From: Eledone cirrhosa
Taxonomy: Eukaryota
Assembly: GCA_964016885.1 (NCBI GenBank)
Contig: OZ024742.1
Location: 144,522,001 to 144,586,000 of the forward strand
Direction of reading: 5' to 3'
DNA length: 64,000 nt
Part shown: positions 1 through 11,194 of the stretch, piece by piece
How positions within the stretch are numbered: position 1 is the first letter of the stretch
Layout of the letters: each line of letters starts with the position of its first letter
Made by a program: the position numbers and the translations under genes
The notes under the pieces: generated by a model
Told to the model about the DNA's origin: nothing
The model's input: only the letters and a program-made list of their open reading frames with translations
Databases searched by the model: none

Positions 1-105
1 AAGCAGGGTAGGTTTAGTTCTCACAAAAGACACACACATTAAAATGTAAAGATAAAATATAATCCTTTGGACCTCATGCGTCAAACATGATGAGTGGGTC
101 AATCA

Positions 106-212
<107 letters not shown>

Positions 213-329
213 ATGAGTGTATACACATTTTTTACGCCTTTACTTTTTCCAGCAAACTGGTTGAGGTGACGGTGGGAAACTGACAATGCTGTTATATTTT
301 CCATAATGGTTAGCTATTGATGAAAGATA

Positions 330-1140
330 AAGTTTGGTACCGCTGCCCTCATTTCAGATTCTTGCCGCGATATGGTCTTATCTGGGATCTTAGAGAGCGA
401 TATGTCAAGATGCTTCTTGAAATTGTGTATATTAACCCTGTGTAGATATATCCGATTTTTAGCAAGATATTAAAGATCCAGAGGCTCCTGAACTTCTTAC
501 TAATCGAGCATCTAGTCTACTTTAACTATGGAGGGTGAGACTTTGGCATTGCACAGTGGTGTCCTCTTCCTTGCTTCTTGTAGCTCTCAATGTGAGAATT
601 AGCTGGTTGCCCTTCGAGGATCGTCAACACACAAACACACACGCACATATATACATATATCATTACGTATCTGTCGCGTTTTCGCACAAAAGAGTAGAGT
701 TTTAATATGCTTGGTCGCACCTACTAGCTTATCTCTTTCATTGAGACAATCTTCTTTATCTAGCATCGTTGGATTGTTTCAGGTTTCGCAATAAATTTGA
801 TACTGTTTGGTTAAGGCTCCAGGTAGCCGGCGACAAATGTCCCCCAATTATTTCAGAATTTTTGCTGCACATTACCGCCATTTTGATGATATGCGCATGA
901 AACGATGCATCATTGCTTAGATCAATTCACAGGTCACACACTAATGTTAACTCAGGTATTGCAATTCCTCCTATTTCAAGTTAACTTTGTGTTGTATCGA
1001 CCTTGTTTTAGCAGATTGAAAGCGGAGGGCCTGTACATTTTTGGCATTAAATTGAATACTGTTGTCTTCAACACGTTTGTATACGGCATTTAAATCTCGC
1101 AATAGGAATCTGAATTAGTTGTGTTATTTTCGCATCGCCA
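330..1140 (-). mobile_element. Decayed CR1/L2-type LINE, RT C-terminal half and 3' region
   Basis: Minus-strand translations give LRDLNAVYKRVEDNSIQFNAK, VCDL*IDLSNDASF, ETIQR and LKLYSFVRKRDRYVMIYV..ILEG, matching CR1-group ORF2 motifs. Many stops and frameshifts; a small microsatellite lies at ~627-660. Confidence 0.7.
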
Positions 1141-1329
1141 GCATAGCTTGTAAGAGTCGCTGCCCGTACAGCCATGGGCATATGTGAAAAAGCCACTGCA
1201 AACAACAGTGGCTTCAAGATTCCACTTACTATTGATGTTTAATTTGAGAATATTCCATTAGCTGCAACAGCCTGGTTTTTGCCTTTTGATAAGTATTGTA
1301 GCCATTCTCTTAAATTTGCAATTATGCTG

Positions 1330-2660
1330 CGATGGCTGAAGGAAAGGATGGATTATTCGCAGAGAATTTTAGGTATGGCGTTGAGAGACTAGAAGAAATC
1401 ATGCATAAACTACTTCTCGAAATATGGCGGGAGAAAAAGTACCTAAGGATTGGAAAGATGCAATAATGATCCTTTTATACCAGACCAAATGCTAGCTCTT
1501 GTCTGTGCCGCAGGGAAAATTCCTGCATCACTTATGCTTTCAAGACTAAATGTTACATCAAACCCGATCTTACCAGAATCACAATGTGCCTTTCACCCCC
1601 CCCTCCTAGTACTAACTATATGATATTGACAGTCCGTCAAATTCAAGAAACGTGTTACGACAACAACAGAACTTGTGTCAGGTATTTTTGGATTTAACAA
1701 AAGCTCTTGATAGTTGCTTTGTGGGAAATTGTTGTCAGGGTAGGGTTCCCGAAACACTTTTCTATTATAACCGAATGCCTTTATATCGACATAGAAGCTG
1801 GGATAAATATTGGTGGTACTATTTCAGAGCCTATCAAAGTTAAAAATTGTGTTAATCAGAGTAATCTCATGCTTGTTATTCTTTTCTCTATCTATTTCTT
1901 TAAGGGGTTGAAATAAAGGCATCATCATCTGGTATCGCTCCTTAGGAAAGCTTTTCAACATCAGGCGAATTACTTTACGCTGATGAGTGTGATCCAGTTT
2001 CCCATTTACTCATAGATATGCAAAACTTCATGAATATACTATCATGTAACGCCTTCATGAATTCACTATCATGTAAAGTCTTTGGATTAACTGTAGTAAT
2101 GTTTTAACCTGCAGCAGGATTTCCTTATATCGTTCCATCCATTCACGTAGAGGAACAAAATCTCCAAGTAGTCCATACGTTTCCATATCTGAGAAGTACA
2201 ACTAACCAGTATTGAACATCAAAAATACAATCGATTCTTAGGGTACGTCTTTGGAGTTGGAAGTTAATTAGAAAATACATGAAAATCGAGACATGGATTG
2301 TCTATCGCAGGCACATTCAACTTCTCGATAGTTTCACCAGCATTGCCAGCGTGATATTCTTGTGGATTCACCGGAGACACAGCAGACACTGAACTATTAC
2401 AAAATGCAGGTTCAGTGAACATTGAAGCTTACACCCACATGCACCGACTCTGATGGGTGGGCCTTGCTTGTTAGATCTGACGACAGCACAAACCAAAACT
2501 GCATTTCAAGGATTGTGTGAAAGACTCCTTAACACAATGCAAAATCGACCCATCTCGCTGGGAGACCATAGCATTATATAGAAACAAGTGGCACATTGGT
2601 GTATCTAACGATGTAAAACATTTTCTAGAATCCGCTTCGTAACGCTCTATCATTAAACGT
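1330..2660 (+). mobile_element. Decayed RTE (BovB-like) LINE reverse transcriptase region
   Basis: Fragments PKDWKDA, ILPESQCAF, DMILTVRQIQE, VFLDLTKA, LWEIVVRVGFP, FPYLRS, WIVYRRHIQLLDSFHQ occur in RTE order, broken by frameshifts. Confidence 0.75.
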
Positions 2661-3127
2661 GCAGATAAGAAAGGTCGGCATGTGGAGAAACTCTGAACCT
2701 CAGTTTATATGTGGCTGAATATGCCTGACAAAACCTGGCAATACAAGCCAACTACGTAAGCATGAAGAAATGCCAAAGGTTGAATACGATCAATTCCTTA
2801 CAGCCAATTTGACATGTGATACATGTAATTTTCGAATAAGTCAGGACATACTACGCATTCAAAATTACATATTCATGATCCGAATCAGACTGTAAAGCCA
2901 AATAATGGAAGGGGTGAATTGTCTCACTCGTCTAACGAGCTCACTGTCATTTTGTATATTCTCCTGGTTTTATAATTTCACAAACTTTTTCCAAAGGAGA
3001 GAGAGCCGGTTTCTAACATAGATGTAAGACTCTCGCATTGGGATTTACACATCATCAACTTGGTACATATCTATGTATGACTGCATGTGTGTGCAGGCAT
3101 GGATGTTATTGTATGTATGCATGTACT

Positions 3128-3326
3128 ATTTGGATGGCCGTTGACTCTGCTGAATTCCTCCGCCCTTTACCGGGTCTTGTATTTCATCCTGCCGGGAGTC
3201 CAAATATCACCCTCCTCACCAAGCAAACTTGGTGGTGGTGGGGTTGCCGGTTTAGTCGCCTACGATCCGACCATGAGCCAGGTTGTACTGGGTTACATGT
3301 TACCAGTAGCACTCAAGAGCGACCTG
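3128..3326 (-). mobile_element. 5' part of an RTE-derived non-autonomous element
   Basis: Reverse complement of the GTCRGGTC...GGCGACTAAACCGGCAACCCC...GTCAACGGCCATCC head seen at 8322, 9427 and 40099. Confidence 0.7.
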
Positions 3327-3334
3327 AAATACCC

Positions 3335-3363
3335 ACATACATATACATACATACATACATATA

Positions 3364-3461
<98 letters not shown>

Positions 3462-3640
3462 AACATCCATAAATTGCATACATATATAAATACACATACA
3501 TACATAAATACACATACATATAAACATACATACATACATTACATACATACATTGATTAATACATTCATACATACATACATACATACATACATACATACAT
3601 ACATACATACATACATACATACATACATACATACATACAT
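3335..3640. repeat. Compound (TA)n/(TACA)n microsatellite
   Basis: Direct reading. Confidence 0.95.
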
Positions 3641-4176
3641 GATGGCTGCCCCCTCGTTATCGAGTATGGCCATCGCATGATATACCATTATTAATAATTA
3701 TTAATTAATTCTATCGTGCAATGCCTGTGCGTGAAAATATTTTTTAAAGTGAGGAAAGACTGTGCACTGAGCCAATCCCACTCTCTGAGCGACAATAGCT
3801 ATAACCGGAAAAGAAGAAAAGATCAACATCATCGGTAACTACTGAGCCGCAGGTTTTATATCGAAGTTATCCCAGTTTCCTGAGTTGCCTTCTCCTAGAA
3901 GAATGCCCTGACAAAGGCTAGGGGTCCTTCACTCCCAGTTGCTTAACCGCGCGGTACATGTGTATATATACATATTTACACACTTTCGGATGGCCGTTGA
4001 TTTTATGAGTTCTTCCGCTCTTTGTCAGGTTTTGTTTTTTGTCCTGCAGGGTGTCCAAAATCACCCTCCTCACCAAGTAAACTTGGTGGGGTTGCCGGTT
4101 TAGTCGCCGACGACCCGACCATGCGACAGGTTGTACTGGGTTACAAGTTACCAGTAGCACTCAAGAGCGACCCGAC
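3640..4176 (-). mobile_element. RTE-derived bipartite non-autonomous element, subfamily B
   Basis: Minus strand has an RTE 5'UTR motif (TGTCAGGGCA..TCTAGGAGAAGG) and an RTE-type 3' end (ATACTCGATAACGAGGGGGCAGCCATC). Flanked on both sides by (TATG)n; near-identical to 9427-10025. Confidence 0.75.
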
Positions 4177-4259
4177 ATACATACATACATACATACATAC
4201 ATACATACATACATACATACATACATACATACATACATACATACATACATACATACATA

Positions 4260-5801
4260 CATGTTTTCTTTGTTGATGACCTGAAGTTGTATGGGCCAAA
4301 TATCAATTACATCAAGAAACAATTGGACCTCATTACACAATTTTCAACCGACATCAAAATGAAATTTGGTGAGTCCAAGTGTGCATATTTGGCAGTAAAA
4401 CGTGGAAGAGCTGTGCCCTCCTCTAGAAATCTAGAGATGAACGGCCTGACAATACAACCTCTGCAGTCAGGTGACAACTACAGATATCTTGGACAGGATG
4501 AGAATGTCAGATATGATGGACCCATAAATAAGGAGAGAACCAGAACTGAATACCTCAGAAGAGTAAAGAAAATATGGTCATCAGAACTGTCAGCATACAA
4601 CAAATACATTGCCCACAATACTTATGCTGTGCCAATTCTAACGCCAACATTTGGCCTACTGAACTGGTCATTGCAAGAACTAAGTGAGATGGATGTTAGA
4701 ACTCGAAAACTTCTCAGTGTTACTGGCAACTTTAACATCAATGGTGATGTGGATAGGCTATACTTCTCACGCAAGGAAGGTGGCCGGGGTCTAAAATCAA
4801 TATTAACAACATATGAGACCCGGATAGTAACACTGAAGCAACACCTTCAACAGAGGAAAAAGGTTGGCAGCCATCTTGCCCAGGTTTATGAGCATGAAAA
4901 AAGAAATATCATTAGAATAGCGACTGATCTGGAGGAGAGATATGGAATAAAGCCTGATATAAATCTCTCACCCAGAGAAATCGGAAGATCCTATTCAATG
5001 TTCAAACAAGATAAGAAAATTGACCAATTTACAGAAAAAGTTGTGCGTGGATACTTGAGGCGTAAAACACAGACCATAGAGGGGATAAACCACTCAAAAT
5101 GCCTGGCATGGAGTTCCGACAAGTTTATGACATCACACCTTGAGGGATATCTCTATGCAATACAGGAACAAGAACTCCCTACCAAATATCTGCTGCACCA
5201 AAGAGGAGGGCCAGCAGCTGACAATAAATGTAGGCTATGTAAAACAAAGATCGAGGATGTAAGCCACATTGTTGCCAGCTGCGAAAGAATGTCATCTTGC
5301 TACTACCTCCCCATGAGACACGATGGGATAGCTAGAACCATCTGGAACGCACTTCGGAAAACAAAATTAACAACAAACGAGGAAGAATATATTGAGACGG
5401 ATGGCACTAAGGAATACTGGTGGAACCTGAAAATAAAAACTGCCACCAAATTAAAGCACAACCGGCCTGATATTGTAGTTTGGGACCACACATTGAAAAC
5501 GTGTTCTGTTGTGGAGATCAGCTGCCCACTTGATGTAAACGTTGTCAGAAAAATACAGGAGAAGGAGGACATCTACGGACCATTGATGAGGAGTTTACAA
5601 ATCCAGTATCCAAGATACACCTTTAGCTTCATACCCATCATTATTGGTGCTACGGGTTATATACCAACCCGCTTGGAACAAAGTATGACTGAACTTGGAT
5701 TTGCGGACAAAAAGCGCAGCTCCCTAATTCATAGTCTGCAGATGGCTGTGATAGCTGGCACCTTCAAAATTTGCAAAACATTCTTGCGATTCAAGGGATG
5801 A
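4260..5801 (+). CDS. Uninterrupted C-terminal ~510 aa of an R4/Dong polyprotein (no start codon; 5'-truncated)
   Basis: FVDDLKLY, YRYLG, RLYFSRKEGGRGL, AIQEQEL, CRLC-x7-HIVASC (CCHC), RHD, NRPDIVVWD..VVEISCP..KEDIY (PD-D/E-K RLE). Track ORF 4287..5801 extends in frame upstream. Confidence 0.85.
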   Translation, partial: HVFFVDDLKLYGPNINYIKKQLDLITQFSTDIKMKFGESKCAYLAVKRGRAVPSSRNLEMNGLTIQPLQSGDNYRYLGQDENVRYDGPINKERTRTEYLRRVKKIWSSELSAYNKYIAHNTYAVPILTPTFGLLNWSLQELSEMDVRTRKLLSVTGNFNINGDVDRLYFSRKEGGRGLKSILTTYETRIVTLKQHLQQRKKVGSHLAQVYEHEKRNIIRIATDLEERYGIKPDINLSPREIGRSYSMFKQDKKIDQFTEKVVRGYLRRKTQTIEGINHSKCLAWSSDKFMTSHLEGYLYAIQEQELPTKYLLHQRGGPAADNKCRLCKTKIEDVSHIVASCERMSSCYYLPMRHDGIARTIWNALRKTKLTTNEEEYIETDGTKEYWWNLKIKTATKLKHNRPDIVVWDHTLKTCSVVEISCPLDVNVVRKIQEKEDIYGPLMRSLQIQYPRYTFSFIPIIIGATGYIPTRLEQSMTELGFADKKRSSLIHSLQMAVIAGTFKICKTFLRFKG

Positions 5802-5881
5802 CAATTTCTTTTCTTTTACAACATTGCCACCAGGAAGGTGGCCGGTCAAAAAAATATACTCGAAATTAAGAGAAAGAGAAA
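4260..5881 (+). mobile_element. 5'-truncated R4/Dong-clade non-LTR retrotransposon (RT + CCHC + restriction-like endonuclease)
   Basis: Begins at HVFFVDDLKLY (RT catalytic motif) directly after (TACA)n. 3'UTR ends AATTAAGAGAAAGAGA, followed by (TACA)n. Confidence 0.9.
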
Positions 5882-6095
5882 ACATACATACATACATACA
5901 TGTTACCATTCGTCTACCACGGCAGTATTTCAGAAATAGGATAGACGAAATATGTAATATTATAGTGGTAAATGCTTGTACATCACGAGTACCACTCTTT
6001 GAGTATCCGCAACTAGAGTCAAGTGACATGCGGAAGCAAAATGCAGGTTTTAAAGAGTTTTCTTCTCACTTAATGACACTCATACATACGACACA

Positions 6096-6160
<65 letters not shown>

Positions 6161-6330
6161 CACACACACACTCACTCATACACGCACACATACACTCACA
6201 CACAAACACACATGCATACAAACAAACACACACGCCACTCACTTAAACACACTAACACACACACACACATATATATAAATACATATATATATATATATAA
6301 TTATATATATATAGTACTGTCATCATTAGA

Positions 6331-6512
6331 ATTGGCAGTATCGGTAGAGAGTCGGACGCCATGCTTTCCAGCATAGATACGTATCTTTACGGTCTGAGTT
6401 CAAATCCCGCCGAGGTTAACTTTGCCTTTCATCCTTACGGGGTCGATAAAATAAAGTACCAGTAATGTACTGGGTAAATGCTGGCCGTGTGCCAAAAGTA
6501 GAAACAATTATT
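6331..6512 (+). mobile_element. tRNA-derived SINE, family 1
   Basis: A-box-like TGGCAGTATCGG, B-box GAGTTCAAATCC, core GCCTTTCATCCTTACGGGGTCGATAAAATAAAGTACCAGT (resembles the Meta/Sauria SINE core), ATT tail; more than 12 copies in the window. Confidence 0.85.
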
Positions 6513-6539
6513 AATACTATAGATATGGCTAACTGCTGT

Positions 6540-6686
6540 CTTTTGAAAACTTTTGAAAGATCCATAGTTGTCGTCAGTGTGCGAAGGAGTGCAAGTCTCT
6601 AGCAGGTTTGAAATGCCATATCCGAGCATCACATCTGAATCTGACAAGCAATTGCAATACTCTTAGCAGAGTTTGCAGCCATCATG
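6540..6686 (+). mobile_element. RTE 3' end with C2H2 zinc finger and (TATG)n tail
   Basis: CRQCAKECKSLAGLKCHIRASH, then ATACTCTTAGCAGAGTTTGCAGCCATCATGTATG. Confidence 0.65.
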
Positions 6687-6749
6687 TATGTATGTATGAA
6701 TGTATGTATGTATGTATGTATGTATGTATGTATGTATGTATGTATGTTA

Positions 6750-7726
6750 TCTCTTTCTCTTAATTTCGAGTATATTTTTTTGACCGGCCACCTTTCTTGG
6801 TGGCAAGGTTGTAAAAGAAAAGAAATTGTCATCCCTTGAATCGCAAGAATGTTTTGCAAATTTTGAAGGTGCCAGCTATCGCAGCCATTTGTAGACTATG
6901 AATTAGGGAGCTGCGCTTTTTGTCCGCAAATCCAAGTTCAGTCATACTTTGGTCCAAGCGGGTTGGTATATAACCCGTAGCTCCAATAATGATGGGTATG
7001 AAGCTAAAGGTGTATCTTGGATACTGGATTTGTAAACTCCTCCTCAATGGTCCGTAGATGTCCTCCTTCTCCTGTATTTTTCTGACAACGTTTACATTAA
7101 GTGGGCAGCTGAACTCCACAACAGAACACGTTTTCAATGTGTGGTCCCAAACAACAATATCAGGCCGGTTGTGCTTTAATTTGGTGGCAGTTTTTATTTT
7201 CAGGTTCCACCAGTATTCCCTAGTGCCATCTGTCTCAATATATTCTTCCTCGTTTGTTAATTTTGTTTTCCGAAGTGCGTTCCAGATGGTTCTAGCTATC
7301 CCATCGTGTCTCATGGGGAGGTAGTAGCGAGATGACATTCTTTCGCAGCTGGCAACAATGTGGCTTACATCCTCGATCTTTGTTTTACATAGCCTACATT
7401 TATTGTCAGCTGCTGGCCCTCCTCTTTTGTGCAGCAGATATTTGGTAGGGAGTTCTTGTTCCTGTATTTCATAGAGATATCCCTCAAGGTGTGATGTCAT
7501 AAACTTGTCGGAACTCCATGCCAGGCTTTTTGAGTGGTTTATCCCCTCTATGGTCTGTGTTTTACGCCTCAAGTATCCATGCACAACTTTTTCTGTAAAT
7601 TGGTCAATTTTTTTTATCTTGTTTGAACATTGAATAGGATCTTCCGATTTCACTGGGTGAGAGATTTATATCAGGCTTTATTCCATATCTCTCCTCCAGA
7701 TCAGTCGCTATTCTAATGATATTTTT
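6750..7726 (-). mobile_element. 5'-truncated R4/Dong copy 2
   Basis: Near-identical reverse complement of ~4904-5880; ORF 6829..7653; 1-nt frameshift in an A-run near 7610; microsatellite on both sides. Confidence 0.9.
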
Positions 7727-7824
7727 ATGTTTGTATGAATGTATGTATGTATGTATGTATGTATGTATGTATGTATGTATGTATGTATGTATGTATGTAT
7801 GCATGCATGCATGCATGTATGTAT

Positions 7825-8302
7825 AGGACTAAAAACAAAACCTGTCAAAGGGCAAAGGAGCTCTTAAGAGTCAATGGCCATCCAAAATCACCGGGAGAGA
7901 TGACCCCTTAGCCTTTGTCAAGGCAGAATTCTAGGAGAAGGAAAACTCTGAAATAACACCTGCAACCCTGATGGTATCCAATGATGTTGACTTGTTCTTC
8001 TTTTTTGGTAAATATCTTCTTGGTTAAGAGAGTGGGACTGGCTTTGTGCAGTGCCTTTGCTCACTATAAAAGCTTCCGGCACAGGCATTGCTTTATAACT
8101 GGAGATCTCTCTGCACTTGTCGTCACATGGTACCATGGGCCCAGCACTGTGTGTCAATAATTGTCACAGGTGTAGTGTTTGTACCAGAGTTTTCAAGTCG
8201 CTGGCTGGACTCAAAAGTCACACTCGTTCAGCGCATCGGTAGGGGTTCTCCTACATGGATATAAAGTAGTGGCCATACTCGAAAACGAGTTGGCAGCCAC
8301 CA
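7825..8302 (+). mobile_element. 5'-truncated RTE-derived non-autonomous element, subfamily A
   Basis: Matches 8452-8927; (TATG)n on both sides. Confidence 0.8.
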
Positions 8303-8321
8303 TGTATATGTATGTATGTAT

Positions 8322-8927
8322 GTCAGGTCACCAGTTGGTGCTACTGGTAACATGTATCCCAGTACAACCTGTCTCATGGTCGGGTCGTTAGCGACTAAAC
8401 TGGCAACCCCACCAAGGTTTCATGGTGAGGAGGGTGACTTTGGACATCCTGCAGGACTAAAAACAAAACCTGTCAAAGAGCAAAGCTCTTAAGAGTCAAT
8501 GGCCATCCAAAATCACCGGGAGAGATGACCCCTTAGCCTTTGTCAAGGCAGAATTCTAGGAGAAGGAAAACTCTGATATAACACCTGCAACTCTGATGGT
8601 ATCCAATGATGTTGACTTGTTCTTCTTTTTAGTAAATATCATCTTGGTTAAGAGAGTGGGACTGGCTTTGTGCAGTGCCTTTGCTCACTAAAAAAGCTTC
8701 ACGGCACAAGCATTGCTTTATATCTGGAGATCTCTCTGCACTTGTCGTCACATGGTACCATGGGCCCAGCACTATGTGTCAATAATTCTCACAAGTGTAG
8801 TGTTTGTACCAGAGTTTTCAAGTCGCTGGCTGGACTAAAATGTCACACTCGTTCAGTGCATCGGTAGAGGTTCTCCTACATGGATATAAAGTAGTGGCCG
8901 TACTCGAAAACGAGTTGGCAGCCACCA
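8322..8927 (+). mobile_element. Full-length RTE-derived bipartite non-autonomous element, subfamily A (~606 bp)
   Basis: RTE 5'UTR motif TCTAGGAGAAGGAAAACTCTG fused to a terminal zinc-finger remnant CSVCTRVFKSLAGLKCHTRSVH* and 3' end TACTCGAAAACGAGTTGGCAGCCACC; near-identical to 40099-40707. Confidence 0.8.
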
Positions 8928-8940
8928 TGTATGTATGTAT

Positions 8941-9385
8941 GCGCTACTGGTAACATGTAACCCAGGGTGATTTTGGATGTCCTGCGGGATGAAAAACAAA
9001 ATCCGCCAAAGGACGGAGGAACTCAGGAGATTCAACGACCATCCAATAAAGTTTTTTCTTTTTTGCAGGAACGAGAGACTCCTAGTCGTCATTAAGAAAT
9101 ATCTCTAGGAGAAGGTCACTCTGATATATAACCTGCGACTTCGTATGCATCCAATGATGTAGACCAGTTCTTCTTTTTGGCTAAATGCATCGATGTTCAG
9201 AGAGTGTGATTGGCTCGGTGCAAAGCCTTTCCTCACTTAATAAAGCTTCAAGCACAGGCATCGCTTGATATGTGACACTTTTTTGCGATGCATGGCATTG
9301 TTGGCCATAGGCAAGTCCCTAGAAGGACTAAAAAGCTTAAGTATCAAGCGAAGGCTTTACTCGAAATCGAGTTTCCACCATCATG
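8941..9385 (+). mobile_element. Internally deleted RTE-derived element, divergent third variant
   Basis: Shares GCTACTGGTAACATGTAACCCAG, TCTAGGAGAAGG and TACTCGAAATCGAG..CACCATCATGTA blocks. Confidence 0.7.
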
Positions 9386-9426
9386 TACGTATGTATGTAC
9401 ATGTATGTATATATGTATGTGTACAT

Positions 9427-10025
9427 GTCGGGTCACTCTTGAGTGCTACTAGTAACATGTAACCCAGTACTACCTGTCGCATGGTCGGGTCGGCGGTGAC
9501 TAAACCGGCAACCCCACAAAGTTTACTTGGTGAGGAGGGTGATTTTGGACACCCAGCAGGATAAAAAACAAAACCTCACAAAGGGCGGAAGAACTCATAA
9601 GGGTCAACGGCCATCCAAAAGTGTGTAAATATGTATATACACATGTACATATGCATGGGTGCATGTGTAGTATATGCACGGTGACATAGAAATAGTCGGG
9701 CTGGACACCCGATCGCGCTGTTAAACCACTGGGAGTGAAGGACCACTAGCCTTTGTCAGGGCATTCTTCTAGGAGAAGGTGCCTCAGGAAACTGGGATAA
9801 CTCCGAAATAAAACCTGCGGCTCAGTAGTTACCGATGATGTTGATCGTTTCTTCTTTTCGGATTATAGCTACTGTTGCTTAGAGAGTGGGATTGGCTCAG
9901 TGCACAGTCTTTCCTCACTTTAAAAATATCTTCACACACAGGCATTGCACGATAGAATTAATTAATTATTAATAATGGTATATCGTGCAATGGCCATATT
10001 CGATAACGAGGGGGCAGCCATCATC
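9427..10025 (+). mobile_element. RTE-derived bipartite non-autonomous element, subfamily B
   Basis: Reverse complement of 3640-4176 with an extra ~55 bp segment; (TATG)n tail. Confidence 0.8.
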
Positions 10026-10058
<33 letters not shown>

Positions 10059-10095
10059 TGTATGTATGTATGTATGTATGTATGTATGTATGTAT

Positions 10096-10382
10096 ATCTC
10101 TTTCTCTTAATTTCGAGTATATTTTTTTGACCGGCCACCTTCCTGGTGGCAAGGTTGTAAAAGAAAAGAAATTGTCATCCCTTGAATCGCAAGAATGTTT
10201 TGCAAATTTTGAAGGTGCCAGCTATCGCAGCCATTTGTAGTCTATGAATTAGGGAGCTGCGCTTTCTGTCCGCAAATTCAAGTTCAGTCATACTTTGGTC
10301 CAAGCGGGTTGGTATATAACCCGTAGCTCCAATAATGATGGGTACGAAGCTAAAGGTGTATCTTGGATACTGGACTTGTAAA
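10096..10382 (-). mobile_element. Short 3' fragment of R4/Dong, copy 3
   Basis: LQVQYPRYTFSFVPIIIGATG...KTFLRFKG* plus 3'UTR; (TATG)n on both sides. Confidence 0.9.
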
Positions 10383-10449
10383 TGTATGTATGTATGTATG
10401 TATGTATGTATGTATGTATGTATGTATGTATGTATGTATGTATACAAAC

Positions 10450-10600
10450 AGTGTTACACACTGTGCCATGCAAAACCTCTCTAAGAACTAGGTTGAGAGT
10501 ACTCGTATCTGTGCGATACTCAGCCACTTGCGCGGTGATTTCACGAGGTGTTTGATTGTTCGAATAACTGTAACACGCGTCGGGGAAACCAGAAGAGGTC
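10450..10600 (+). mobile_element. Decayed SINE, family 2 fragment
   Basis: GAGAACTA..GTATCTGTG..CTCAGCCACTTGC blocks shared with 22430-22660 and 41300-41420. Confidence 0.45.
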
Positions 10601-10645
10601 CAACATATATTATATTGCTAAATATTTGTGTGTGCGTACGTGTGT

Positions 10646-10713
<68 letters not shown>

Positions 10714-11194
10714 TTTACACCTTAATTTTTAACGTCAAATCAATGAACGTACCATTAGCTGAATTGATAATAACGCGAACGTTAAGGGGTTAATCCTTAT
10801 ACTGACCAGCTTTCGCTTTTCTTCTTTCATTTTATTCTTTTGGTATATAGGCGTATACATTTATATTATGAGTTTGACTTCCGACAAGATTGACTTTATC
10901 TTTATTATGCGAACATATAAAGTTACATTTAATATTTAAAATCAACCCCACTCTACTTTCGTTTATAAGTTTGAACATTGCTAAAGTTGAATTTATCTTT
11001 ATTATGTGAACATAAAGTATGTTTCAACCTCTACTTTATGCATTAATCTCTCTATATATTGTATTAAATCTCTGATGGTGTTATTTTCTATTTTCAAATA
11101 TATCGAGAACTCCTCGAAAATATGGCTCTAATCTAGAGAATATTTCAAAATGTCTGAGTGCATGTATGTGTTACATTTATTCCCAAGTATCGAC

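Noticed and set aside
6331-6420. tRNA genes suggested by A/B boxes
   Set aside because: The boxes belong to multi-copy SINE heads; no cloverleaf.
5303-7324. Paired 88-89 aa ORFs (MSSFSCIFLTTF...)
   Set aside because: They are antisense shadows of the Dong endonuclease region.
8322-8420. HDV-like or twister ribozyme at the RTE-derivative 5' end
   Set aside because: A GG-hairpin-CTAA segment is suggestive, but P1/P3/L3 could not be paired convincingly and the twister AAGC motif is absent. Kept only as a hypothesis to test.
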